IMG/VR virus record: IMGVR_UViG_3300045988_058617
Location: 30,063 to 94,062 of that record
Origin: a virus
Reading direction: 5' to 3' (one strand)
DNA length: 64,000 nt
The notes under the pieces are model-generated. The model was given only the letters and a program-made list of their open reading frames with translations, ran no database searches and was not told where the DNA came from. Within the stretch, counting starts at the first letter, position 1. Each line of letters opens with the position of its first letter. A program made the translations under genes and the position numbers. Below are positions 56,091-64,000 of this stretch, piece by piece.

Positions 56091-57164
56091 TTGCCCAAAG
56101 AGAAAGCTGTAGAAATGTTTTATCGAAGAGTTCATAACTTCGTGGGAATTGAGTCCGTAGGATATAAACATATTGAAGCCTTGTATGATTTAGGTTATCT
56201 TCCCATTCGCATTAAAGCGTTGCCAGAAGGTTCTGTATGTCCTATCAGAGTTCCCATGATGACTATTACTAATACAAAGTCAGAGTTCTTCTGGTTAACT
56301 AATTATCTAGAGACTTTGATTAGTTGTACTCTGTGGATGCCTTGCACTTCTGCTACTAGAGCAAGACTCTATAAGAAGGAACTTAAAAGACACGCAGTAC
56401 ATACTGGATTTCCAGAAGATGTAAATCTGGATTTCTTGTGTCATGACTTCTCTATGAGAGGAATGGCTGGTTTAGAGGCTGCTATCATTTCTGGTATGGC
56501 ACATATGACTTCGTTTGTTGGAAGTGAGACCATTCCAGCTATTGCTGCTCTAGAAGAATATTATGGTGCAAATTCTGACAATGAATTAATTGCTGCTACT
56601 GTTCCAGCTACAGAACATTCTGTAATGTGTGCTGGTGGAGAAGAGGATGAACTTCAAACCTTTAAGCGATTAATTAACGAATTGTATCCATCTGGGTTCG
56701 TTTCTATAGTTTCTGATACTTGGGACTTCTGGAATGTTATTGAAAACTTCCTTCCCAAATTAAAGAAGGATATTATGGCTCGTGATGGACGTGTAGTTAT
56801 TCGTCCAGATAGCGGAGACCCCGTTGATATTATTTGTGGACTGAGAACTAATCCTCACTTCCATACTAGGATGAAAGAGGGTAAGTATTATTGTTGCTAT
56901 GCTCCATTTAACGATGATGCTGAGTATGTAGAAGTGTCAGAGGGTCAATATTACGGAGCATATTATATGCTTGGTAAGATATTCGGCTGGAATATTACTT
57001 CTAATACTTTATCTGCTCCAAACATTAGTAGTTCTATATTCTCTAAATCTAAGAAACCTTATTACAATATCCTCCTAGATGATAGGGCAGGTCTAGAAGA
57101 AAGTTATGAAATCTTAAAATATGTAGTAGATGAAATTAAACTTAATCAACAAGGAAATCAGTGA
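56091..57164 (+). CDS. nadV: Nicotinamide phosphoribosyltransferase (NadV/NAMPT-like).
   Basis: ORF track, 357 aa. It has …GSETIPAIAA…ATVPATEHSVM…VVIRPDSGDP…, characteristic of the NAMPT/NAPRTase family. Confidence 0.55.
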   Translation: MPKEKAVEMFYRRVHNFVGIESVGYKHIEALYDLGYLPIRIKALPEGSVCPIRVPMMTITNTKSEFFWLTNYLETLISCTLWMPCTSATRARLYKKELKRHAVHTGFPEDVNLDFLCHDFSMRGMAGLEAAIISGMAHMTSFVGSETIPAIAALEEYYGANSDNELIAATVPATEHSVMCAGGEEDELQTFKRLINELYPSGFVSIVSDTWDFWNVIENFLPKLKKDIMARDGRVVIRPDSGDPVDIICGLRTNPHFHTRMKEGKYYCCYAPFNDDAEYVEVSEGQYYGAYYMLGKIFGWNITSNTLSAPNISSSIFSKSKKPYYNILLDDRAGLEESYEILKYVVDEIKLNQQGNQ

Positions 57165-57931
57165 AATTAAGTACGATGTTACTAGATTTCCTGATGGAGA
57201 GCCTCAGTTTTTCCTTACTGAGGAATTAAACAGAAAGGAATCTATTGATGTCATTTGTAGAATATCTAATACTGAGGATTTATTCCTCTTAATGCAAGTA
57301 GGAGATATTTTAGATAGACAAGAAGTAGAATGGGATTACTTATTTAATGTCTATGCGTATGGATAGAGTAATGAGTTTTAATCGTCCATTCTCCTTGAAA
57401 GTAGTATGTAATATGTTAAATAGCTTAGGCTATAGAAACATATATGTTCTTGAGGCACATTCTAGTAGAACTTTTCATCTTCTTGGTGACAGATGTTTAC
57501 CTTGGGAATTTGGACACTACTCTTGGATTCCAGCCCAAAGTAATATCGTGTTCCCAGACCATGGGGCGAAGGACAGATATGGAAGTAACTATTCTCACTA
57601 TGGTTATTTAGTCTTCAAAAAGGAAAGAAATCTAGAGACTGGAAGAATTGAGTCCTTTGAAATAGAGGAGTCTAAGAATTGCTACTATTCTACATTTGTG
57701 TTCATTGATGACTTGTGTGATGCTGGAGGAACTTTCCTAGGAGAGCTTAAGGTTCTCAAAGAGAGATATCCAAATAGCAAGTTTATCATAATCGTATGTC
57801 ATGTAGTTAATGATAAAGGCCTGGTTAATATGTGTAATAATTTTGACCAGGTTATTGTATCTAATTCTCATAGGGATATTAATTATCGTCCCAGCAACGA
57901 GAACTTAACTGTAATAGACGTTTGTAAATAA
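57130..57931 (+). pseudogene. prs: Ribose-phosphate pyrophosphokinase (PRPP synthetase, Prs) gene split into two ORFs (57130–57366 ending at TAG, and 57347–57931) by a +1/−2 frameshift at the TAG.
   Basis: ORF1 …RFPDGEPQFF…DYLFNVYAYG* matches the Prs N-terminal domain. ORF2 MSMRMDRVMSFNRPFSLKVVCNMLNSLGYRNIYVLEAHS… and …VFIDDLCDAGGTF… match the Prs middle and PRPP-binding regions. The ORFs are in frames 1 and 2 and overlap at ggaTAGagta. Confidence 0.55.
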
Positions 57932-57940
57932 CAAAATAAA

Positions 57941-58243
57941 ATGGTAATTGAAGGTCCTTTTTACAGACTTACTCCCATTAGTGAATCTTCTCCGAGGTTT
58001 GACTTGGAATTGTTGTATGATATTGGTGGGAAAAATCCGAGAAAAGAATTTAAAGTGGAGGGCTACGGCTATCCCCTAGAAGCTGCTATAGAGCGATGTC
58101 GCCATTATGCAGTAAGAAAAAAGTTCGGAAAAGATGAAGTTATAACTTTAGGTAGGTACTTAGATGAGTTTAAAAAGGCAAAGGAGGAAATTAAACTCGA
58201 AGTCTCAGGAGATTCAGGAGATTCTAGCGGAGAGGCTGAATAA
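57941..58243 (+). CDS. Hypothetical protein.
   Basis: ORF track, 100 aa. Confidence 0.45.
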   Translation: MVIEGPFYRLTPISESSPRFDLELLYDIGGKNPRKEFKVEGYGYPLEAAIERCRHYAVRKKFGKDEVITLGRYLDEFKKAKEEIKLEVSGDSGDSSGEAE

Positions 58244-58637
58244 GCTTTGTAGATTCTTAGATGAGGAATATGACGTTAATTGTGGAGGGTGTTGCTATAT
58301 AGCATACTGTCTAGCCAGGCTACTAAGTAGAGATAAATTCAAGTTCAAAGTCATTATTTACGAGGATTATGAACTAGAAGAAAAGTTTAGCGAAGTAGAG
58401 AGAAGTCATTATCATTATGCGATTTCTATTGGAAAGTACACCATAAACGCAGCAGATTGTGATGATGACGATAGCTTTTGCAGAAATGTGTATACTGGTG
58501 TAAAAGCTTCCGAACTACTATCTCACTATCAGAAATGTAGCTGGAATGACTGTTATAATACTCAAAAGAATCAATTCATTTTTAAGACTATAAAGGTATT
58601 TTATGACGACCTCACGGAGGACTTACGAGAAGGATAA
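58164..58637 (+). CDS. Hypothetical Cys-rich protein.
   Basis: ORF track, 157 aa. Confidence 0.45.
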   Translation: MSLKRQRRKLNSKSQEIQEILAERLNKLCRFLDEEYDVNCGGCCYIAYCLARLLSRDKFKFKVIIYEDYELEEKFSEVERSHYHYAISIGKYTINAADCDDDDSFCRNVYTGVKASELLSHYQKCSWNDCYNTQKNQFIFKTIKVFYDDLTEDLREG

Positions 58638-58867
58638 ACAGATTGTGCATACGCATGATAAGTTTATCTACTGTAGTTCAGTATATCAAATATGGAGCTG
58701 GGGAGCTGCTCTAATGGAAGAAAAATACTACTCTTCTAATAAACCCATTGTATTGAAAAAGAATCAACTATGCTGTAAGAGGAAGAAATACTCTCTGCAT
58801 AGGTTCTTTGAATTACAATTTGCTCCCGAAGAATATTTAATTAATAACGGTTTTAAAATTGTAGAAA

Positions 58868-59452
58868 ATGAAACAGGATGTGATTGAGTACATGGTAGAC
58901 TCATTTGTAGACTTTAAGGGTGAAGAACGTAAAATTGTAGCTTGTGCTTTAAGTCAGGCTGCTGAAGTAAGTGAGGATGATTGTGTCTTAGCAGTAGGTT
59001 GGGTGGCTCCCGATGAATATATATGCACAAATGATCCGGACTATGCTAGAATCTGTAGAGTAGTAACCGTTGGTATTGCAGTATGTAATCCTAGTGATAC
59101 CTTCGATTTGGCTAAGGGACAGAAGAAGGCTTACGATAAGGCTCTTCATGATCCAAAGTGTCCAGCTATTTATACTACATCTAGAGGTGTAGCAGGTAAA
59201 GTGCTGGTAAAAGCATTCTTGGAACAGGAGCTTACTTTCTTGAAAGAAAATCCAGAGCGTATCATTAAGGGATATAACCAAATGAAAGCTCGGTTTGAAA
59301 GAAAAGAAGCCCTCAAAAATGAAATCAAAAATCTCTCTGATAAAGAGAAGCAAGCTTTGAATCTAGCTAAAGAAGGTATAGATGTAGTTAAATGCGCTGA
59401 ACTGGTAACTAAAGCCAAGGCAATAGGCGTTGATCTGAATGAACAGGACTAA
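58868..59452 (+). CDS. Hypothetical protein.
   Basis: ORF track, 194 aa. Confidence 0.5.
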   Translation: MKQDVIEYMVDSFVDFKGEERKIVACALSQAAEVSEDDCVLAVGWVAPDEYICTNDPDYARICRVVTVGIAVCNPSDTFDLAKGQKKAYDKALHDPKCPAIYTTSRGVAGKVLVKAFLEQELTFLKENPERIIKGYNQMKARFERKEALKNEIKNLSDKEKQALNLAKEGIDVVKCAELVTKAKAIGVDLNEQD

Positions 59453-59744
59453 GTTTTGCTATATCTTAATAGCCTTGATGGGATTGTTAATTATTTATTT
59501 GCTAATACCTAAGAAGGAAACCACAGTTTCTCCACCTAATGTGCAGGAAATAGTAAGGATTTCTATAATTAGAGATAGCATCTATATAGTTAACGATTCC
59601 ATCGTGGAGAAAATTAAGTATATAGACAAAGAGTATGATGAGAAAGTATCTACTATTATGTCTAGTTCTGATAGCATCAATTTGTGCTTTTTCTCAGAAT
59701 ACATCGACCGTTACAATAACCAGCGAGCAACTAAAAACAACTAA
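59439..59744 (+). CDS. Small membrane-anchored protein.
   Basis: ORF track, 101 aa. Confidence 0.4.
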   Translation: MNRTKFCYILIALMGLLIIYLLIPKKETTVSPPNVQEIVRISIIRDSIYIVNDSIVEKIKYIDKEYDEKVSTIMSSSDSINLCFFSEYIDRYNNQRATKNN

Positions 59745-60009
59745 TCTGATATTTGCTGAGCATCAGAAGTTGTCTGAAACTGTTCCGTTATTGAATAAGC
59801 GAATAACTAATCTAGAACTAATAAATAAGAGTTGGGAAAAAACGGATTCTCTTCGTAGAGTTCAGTTACTGTATTATGGAAACATAATTGAAGATAAAAA
59901 TAGATCTATTGAAGGTCTTAATAAGTCTTTAAAAAAGAAGCAGAATGTCATTAAATATGGCACTGCTGGTTCATGTGTATTAATATTATTATGCCTATTA
60001 CTGAAGTAA
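59635..60009 (+). CDS. Secreted/membrane protein with a signal peptide.
   Basis: ORF track, 124 aa; it overlaps the previous ORF in another frame. Confidence 0.4.
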   Translation: MMRKYLLLCLVLIASICAFSQNTSTVTITSEQLKTTNLIFAEHQKLSETVPLLNKRITNLELINKSWEKTDSLRRVQLLYYGNIIEDKNRSIEGLNKSLKKKQNVIKYGTAGSCVLILLCLLLK

Positions 60010-60163
60010 TGTTTAAGGACAAAGATGGTTTTCACTACAAACATCCTGAACGTAGCTGCACTAGGTGTAAGAATTACCCTTGCTTGCCTAACATGGATGA
60101 GCTGCAAGGAGACTTCGCTTCTTATGGTTGTAGGAAGTTCGAGGATATTAATACATTTGAAGT

Positions 60164-60487
60164 GTGGAAACCAAAGAAGTAACTTACCATGTCAAATTTG
60201 TTGCTGAATGTGAGGACGGGATGGGATACGCTAATTATGTCTTTGAAAGGCTAGAATATGATAATCTAGATTACAAGGATATAATGTGTGTTCGATTCCC
60301 GAATTGGAACCAGTGTTCTATGAAATTAGGAGATGTCGGCTATGTTTCACTAAGATACGTAGAAGAAGGCATCGATAAATGGTACGATGGTAAAGATTTT
60401 GTTCCATACAAGGATAGTAATATAATTTTCTTGAAATTTATTCATGAAAAGCCTATCATTGAAGATGGACAAATATTATTAGATTAA
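60164..60487 (+). CDS. Hypothetical protein.
   Basis: ORF track, 107 aa. Confidence 0.45.
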   Translation: METKEVTYHVKFVAECEDGMGYANYVFERLEYDNLDYKDIMCVRFPNWNQCSMKLGDVGYVSLRYVEEGIDKWYDGKDFVPYKDSNIIFLKFIHEKPIIEDGQILLD

Positions 60488-60532
60488 CATTAAAAAGGAG
60501 ATAAACTATGAAGTATTTTTAAAGAATAATTT

Positions 60533-61396
60533 ATGACTGTATTAGGAGATAAGCTGAGAGAGGCTTTGAGCGATAAAGCAAACGACGTTAATAGCTATGT
60601 ATGGAAAGGACCTAAGGTAAATGGGGTCCAGGAGGAAATTAAATTGGTAGACGCAGGTTATGACCAGCTAAGACGATTCTACAATCATTGTGAACAAATG
60701 TTGTACAACTCTGATACCAAGAATCCGGGTCGTGTAACATTACTCGGAATTGTGTCCGACCAAATACAAAGATGTCGTGCAGAGCTTCTTATTAGATGGC
60801 TTAGAGCTGAAAAGCAATACACAAACACACGTTGTTTGGAAGACTTGAAAGCTGTTATCAAAAACAATAAGGAAGTGTTAACTAATGAGGCTATTAAGGT
60901 CTATCCAATTGGAGAGATTCTTAATGGAATCCCTGTAGAGTTTAGAGAAGTACCAGTAAGTTTAGTTATGGATGCTTGTTTAGATTCCTTGGGATTGTTT
61001 GACAACTCTCATTTGACGCTTAACTTCATTGTAAAAATGGGACTGTGGTTTACACAGCAAGAAATGCAGAAAGACTTGTATCGTAAAGACCCAGTGACAG
61101 GTAAAGCTGTTAACAGACTGTTAGTAGTAAGTAAGGAACTTCGTTTGAATCCTTCTATAGCTCTGAAAATCTGTGATACTGGATTAAGTTATGCTGAGTT
61201 TAGATCTATGTGTAGATTGAAACGAGATAAATATGCTAACTTAACTAGTGATCAGCTCAGACTGCTATCAAACAAAGTTCTTTATCGCTTCCAAAATCAA
61301 TGCGAGAACCAGGCTAAACAATGGAAGATTAAGATGGAAGAAATCAAGAAAGTTGCAGAACTTAAAGGATGGGACATCACTAGGAATATAGATTGA
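60533..61396 (+). CDS. Hypothetical protein.
   Basis: ORF track, 287 aa. Confidence 0.55.
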   Translation: MTVLGDKLREALSDKANDVNSYVWKGPKVNGVQEEIKLVDAGYDQLRRFYNHCEQMLYNSDTKNPGRVTLLGIVSDQIQRCRAELLIRWLRAEKQYTNTRCLEDLKAVIKNNKEVLTNEAIKVYPIGEILNGIPVEFREVPVSLVMDACLDSLGLFDNSHLTLNFIVKMGLWFTQQEMQKDLYRKDPVTGKAVNRLLVVSKELRLNPSIALKICDTGLSYAEFRSMCRLKRDKYANLTSDQLRLLSNKVLYRFQNQCENQAKQWKIKMEEIKKVAELKGWDITRNID

Positions 61397-62667
61397 TGAA
61401 AGACCTCTTTACTCCTGTTACTCGTGACGAGCGGCAGGAGCAATGTAAGAGAGCCTGGTTATTACATAAAGGAAGAGGCACCATAGAAGCCTGTACAGGC
61501 TTTGGTAAAACACGATGTGCTATTAATTGTTTAAAGGCTGTTCTATCTAAATATCCTACTATTAGAGCATTGGTAGTAGTCCCCACGGAACTTTTAAAGA
61601 ATCAGTGGGTAGATATATTAGATAAGGAAGGTCTAGGGTTAAATACAGAGGTGCAAGTTGTAAATACTACAGCAAAGAATGGATACGAATGTGACTTTTT
61701 AATCATTGATGAAATCCATAGAACTGCTGCTGAGACTTTACAATTTGTATTTAGTAAGGTTAAATACAAGTTAATTCTTGGACTAACTGCTACTCTGGAA
61801 AGACTTGACGGTAGACATACTATAGTCGAGAAATATTGCCCTGTAGTTGATAGTGTAACTATTGAAGTAGCCAAAGCCAATGGTTGGGTATCTGATTTTA
61901 CTGAATATCAAGTAATTATCACAGCAGAAGACATCGAAAGCTATCGAGAGCAAAATAGGGAATTTATAAGACATTTTGAATTCTTTAACTTTGATTTTGG
62001 ACTCGCAATGAGTATGGTTGGTAAAGACGGCCTCAGAAATAGGCTTAATTACAGAAATCAGATTTGTAGTTCGGATAAAGCTGAGCTGTCTAATGCTTTG
62101 AAGCAGATTACCTTTCATTCTACGGCTTTTATGAGAGCTTTACAAGCTAGAAAAAAGTTTATCCATAATCATCCGGCTAAATTAGAAGTGGCTAGGGAGA
62201 TTATTGCTCACAGAGCAGACAAGAAAATTATTACATTCTCTGCCAACACTGCAATGGCAGAGAAGATAGGAGTAGGATATGTTTACACTGGCAAAGAAAG
62301 TAAAAAACAAAACAGAATTACACTTGAGGAGTTCGCCCTACTAGACAAGGGCGTAATTAATAGCTGTAAATTGGCTATTGAAGGTTTTGATTGTCCCGGT
62401 CTATCGGTCGGGATAATGCTTGGAGTTGACTCTAGTAGCACAAAAAGCACTCAAGCCGCTGGTAGGGTCATTAGAAAAGAAGGTTCTAAATACTCTGAAA
62501 TATTCACATTAGTGCTAGAAGATACCGTTGAACAAGAATGGTTTAAGAAGTCTCATCAAAAGAGCGAGTATGTTACTATTGATGTAGATAACTTACGAAA
62601 GTTACTTAATGGAGAGCCTTGGGAACCTTACAAGAAAAAATTGCAGAATTTTACCTATCGTTTTTAA
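61393..62667 (+). CDS. Superfamily-2 (DEAD/DEAH-box type) helicase.
   Basis: ORF track, 424 aa. Walker A is CTGFGKT, Walker B is IIDEIHR, motif III is LTAT, and motif VI is QAAGRVIR. Confidence 0.65.
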   Translation: MMKDLFTPVTRDERQEQCKRAWLLHKGRGTIEACTGFGKTRCAINCLKAVLSKYPTIRALVVVPTELLKNQWVDILDKEGLGLNTEVQVVNTTAKNGYECDFLIIDEIHRTAAETLQFVFSKVKYKLILGLTATLERLDGRHTIVEKYCPVVDSVTIEVAKANGWVSDFTEYQVIITAEDIESYREQNREFIRHFEFFNFDFGLAMSMVGKDGLRNRLNYRNQICSSDKAELSNALKQITFHSTAFMRALQARKKFIHNHPAKLEVAREIIAHRADKKIITFSANTAMAEKIGVGYVYTGKESKKQNRITLEEFALLDKGVINSCKLAIEGFDCPGLSVGIMLGVDSSSTKSTQAAGRVIRKEGSKYSEIFTLVLEDTVEQEWFKKSHQKSEYVTIDVDNLRKLLNGEPWEPYKKKLQNFTYRF

Positions 62668-62837
62668 TTATGGAAACTTATTACACTAAAAAAGAGTTTA
62701 ATGAGATGAAGTCTGCTTTGACTAAGAAGTGCAAAGCATTGGAAACTAAAGTTAGTAAGCTTACTGCTGAATTGAAGGAATTAAAGAAGGACTATGCAGT
62801 ACTTCTTGAAACTGCCAGCGAAAAAGTTGAGGACTAA
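62619..62837 (+). CDS. Small coiled-coil protein.
   Basis: ORF track, 72 aa. Confidence 0.35.
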   Translation: MGTLQEKIAEFYLSFLIMETYYTKKEFNEMKSALTKKCKALETKVSKLTAELKELKKDYAVLLETASEKVED

Positions 62838-62924
62838 AGTTTATCACGTAACCAAGTTTTAACGCTTTAACAAGTAAACTAGACTTGGTGTATAGATTAG
62901 TAGAAAATCTATTAATTTGTACAC

Positions 62925-63530
62925 GTGAAAAATCTTGAACTGAAACAGCAACTTTTGTTTTGTGAAAAATATAGCATAAACCCAAGTGAGCTGTTGTTGT
63001 TAGAAATTCTTCTTATCGCCCAAGAGGGTGATGAACCCGAAATTGTCCACGAGTATTTCTCTTCTAGAGTATGCGCTCGTGGTTTTACAATAGAACTATT
63101 AACTGGACTTCGCGATGCTGGAGTTATTCATAAATCCTATAAGATTCCTGAGAAAGGGTCTGTATTTAACCCACTAGATGTTCCTCTAAATAAGTTAGTT
63201 GTGAAAGACTTTTATAAGTGTTCATTCGACTTAGGTAAGGAATTGTGGGATACTTATCCATTATTTGGAATAGTTAATAATACACAAGTGGGTCTGAAAA
63301 GCGTATCTAAGAAATTTGATACAATTGAAGACTTCTATAGGTTTTATGGTAAAACTATCAGATGGAAGCCAGAAACTCATAACCATATTATAGAGTTAGT
63401 TAAGTGGGCTAATGAACACAATATATTGTGTACCACAATAGCTAATTTTGTAATAGACCATAAGTGGGAAGAACTAGAGGCATTAAAGAATGAAGGCGGA
63501 GTTAATTATGATTCTATGAGATTACTATGA
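62925..63530 (+). CDS. Hypothetical protein.
   Basis: ORF track, 201 aa. Confidence 0.5.
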   Translation: MKNLELKQQLLFCEKYSINPSELLLLEILLIAQEGDEPEIVHEYFSSRVCARGFTIELLTGLRDAGVIHKSYKIPEKGSVFNPLDVPLNKLVVKDFYKCSFDLGKELWDTYPLFGIVNNTQVGLKSVSKKFDTIEDFYRFYGKTIRWKPETHNHIIELVKWANEHNILCTTIANFVIDHKWEELEALKNEGGVNYDSMRLL

Positions 63531-64000
63531 TTTCTGATAAACTTCTCAATGAAATTGATAGAGGTAGACAGGGACTAAATCATGGTATTTCTATGAAACT
63601 TCCTAAGCTAGAGAGTATTATTGATGGAGTTACTAGGGAAACCTATACTTTAATTCTATCAAACTCTGGTGCAGGTAAGACTTCGTTTGCCTTATATGCT
63701 TATGTATATCGACCACTAATGGAACATCTTGATGATGATGATTTTAAGGTATTGTATTTCAGTCTTGAAATGGGAGAAGTAGCTTTGTATATTAAGCTGT
63801 TATCCATATATATATTTGAGACCTATGGAATCCAACTATCTTTTAAGAAGATATTGTCAAGAGAAAAAGAATATATTTTATCTGATGAGCATTATGACTT
63901 AGTTAAGCAATGTATGCCTTGGATAGATAAGATTAGTAAGAAGTTAGAAATCTATGACAAGAAGGTAACTCCGAAGAAGGTATATGCCATCTTGAAAACT
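63527..64000 (+). CDS. DnaB-like replicative helicase, N-terminal part; it continues beyond the window.
   Basis: Manual translation from ATG 63527: MISDKLLNEIDRGRQGLNHGISMKLPKLESIIDGVTRETYTLILSNSGAGKTSFALYAYVY… It carries a Walker A (GAGKTS) in a DnaB/RecA-fold context. Confidence 0.5.
   Translation, partial: MISDKLLNEIDRGRQGLNHGISMKLPKLESIIDGVTRETYTLILSNSGAGKTSFALYAYVYRPLMEHLDDDDFKVLYFSLEMGEVALYIKLLSIYIFETYGIQLSFKKILSREKEYILSDEHYDLVKQCMPWIDKISKKLEIYDKKVTPKKVYAILKT

Overview
This 64-kb window appears to be a segment of a large AT-rich dsDNA phage genome with a Crassvirales-like layout; the lineage assignment is inference only.

Minus strand, 1–21.2 kb (late/structural genes):
- Almost every long reading frame is interrupted by in-frame TAG codons. 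Every break tested was TAG, never TAA or TGA, which fits amber (TAG to Gln) recoding.
- The terminase large subunit gene (TerL, 11616–13832) is only one continuous gene if TAG is read as an amino acid.
- An amber-suppressor tRNA (anticodon CUA) with a Gln-tRNA-like scaffold sits at 20612–20683 (−), at the edge of the recoded block. A second suppressor-type tRNA (anticodon UUA) is at 23597–23666 (+).
- A complete diversity-generating retroelement (DGR) is present: a Brt-like reverse transcriptase (433–1725 −), one template repeat (1854–1948), an adjacent variable repeat at the 3' end of a putative receptor-binding protein gene (2056–2149), and a second variable repeat about 27 kb away on the other strand inside gene 28930–29490 (29275–29368). 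All TR/VR differences are at TR adenines.

Plus strand, from about 21.5 kb (early/standard-coded genes):
- About 25 tRNA genes, several of them structurally aberrant or fragmentary.
- A 561-nt tmRNA-like gene (42392–42952) whose ends match the E. coli ssrA tRNA-like domain.
- Three endonuclease genes within or bordering the tRNA array: a GIY-YIG gene with two frameshifts and in-frame TAGs, a zinc-ribbon/HNH gene split by a −1 frameshift, and a TAG-containing PD-(D/E)xK-like gene.
- An NfeD/flotillin (SPFH) gene pair, plus a second SPFH lipoprotein and an OmpA-like protein.
- An AAA+ ATPase, RNase H, a glucosaminidase-type lysin, NadV, a frameshifted Prs, an SF2 helicase and the start of a DnaB-like helicase.

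Other features: a 174-bp in-frame tandem duplication in a late gene (15201–15566), a 9-bp start-region repeat (28346–28385), and a roughly 440-nt structured non-coding region (50220–50651).
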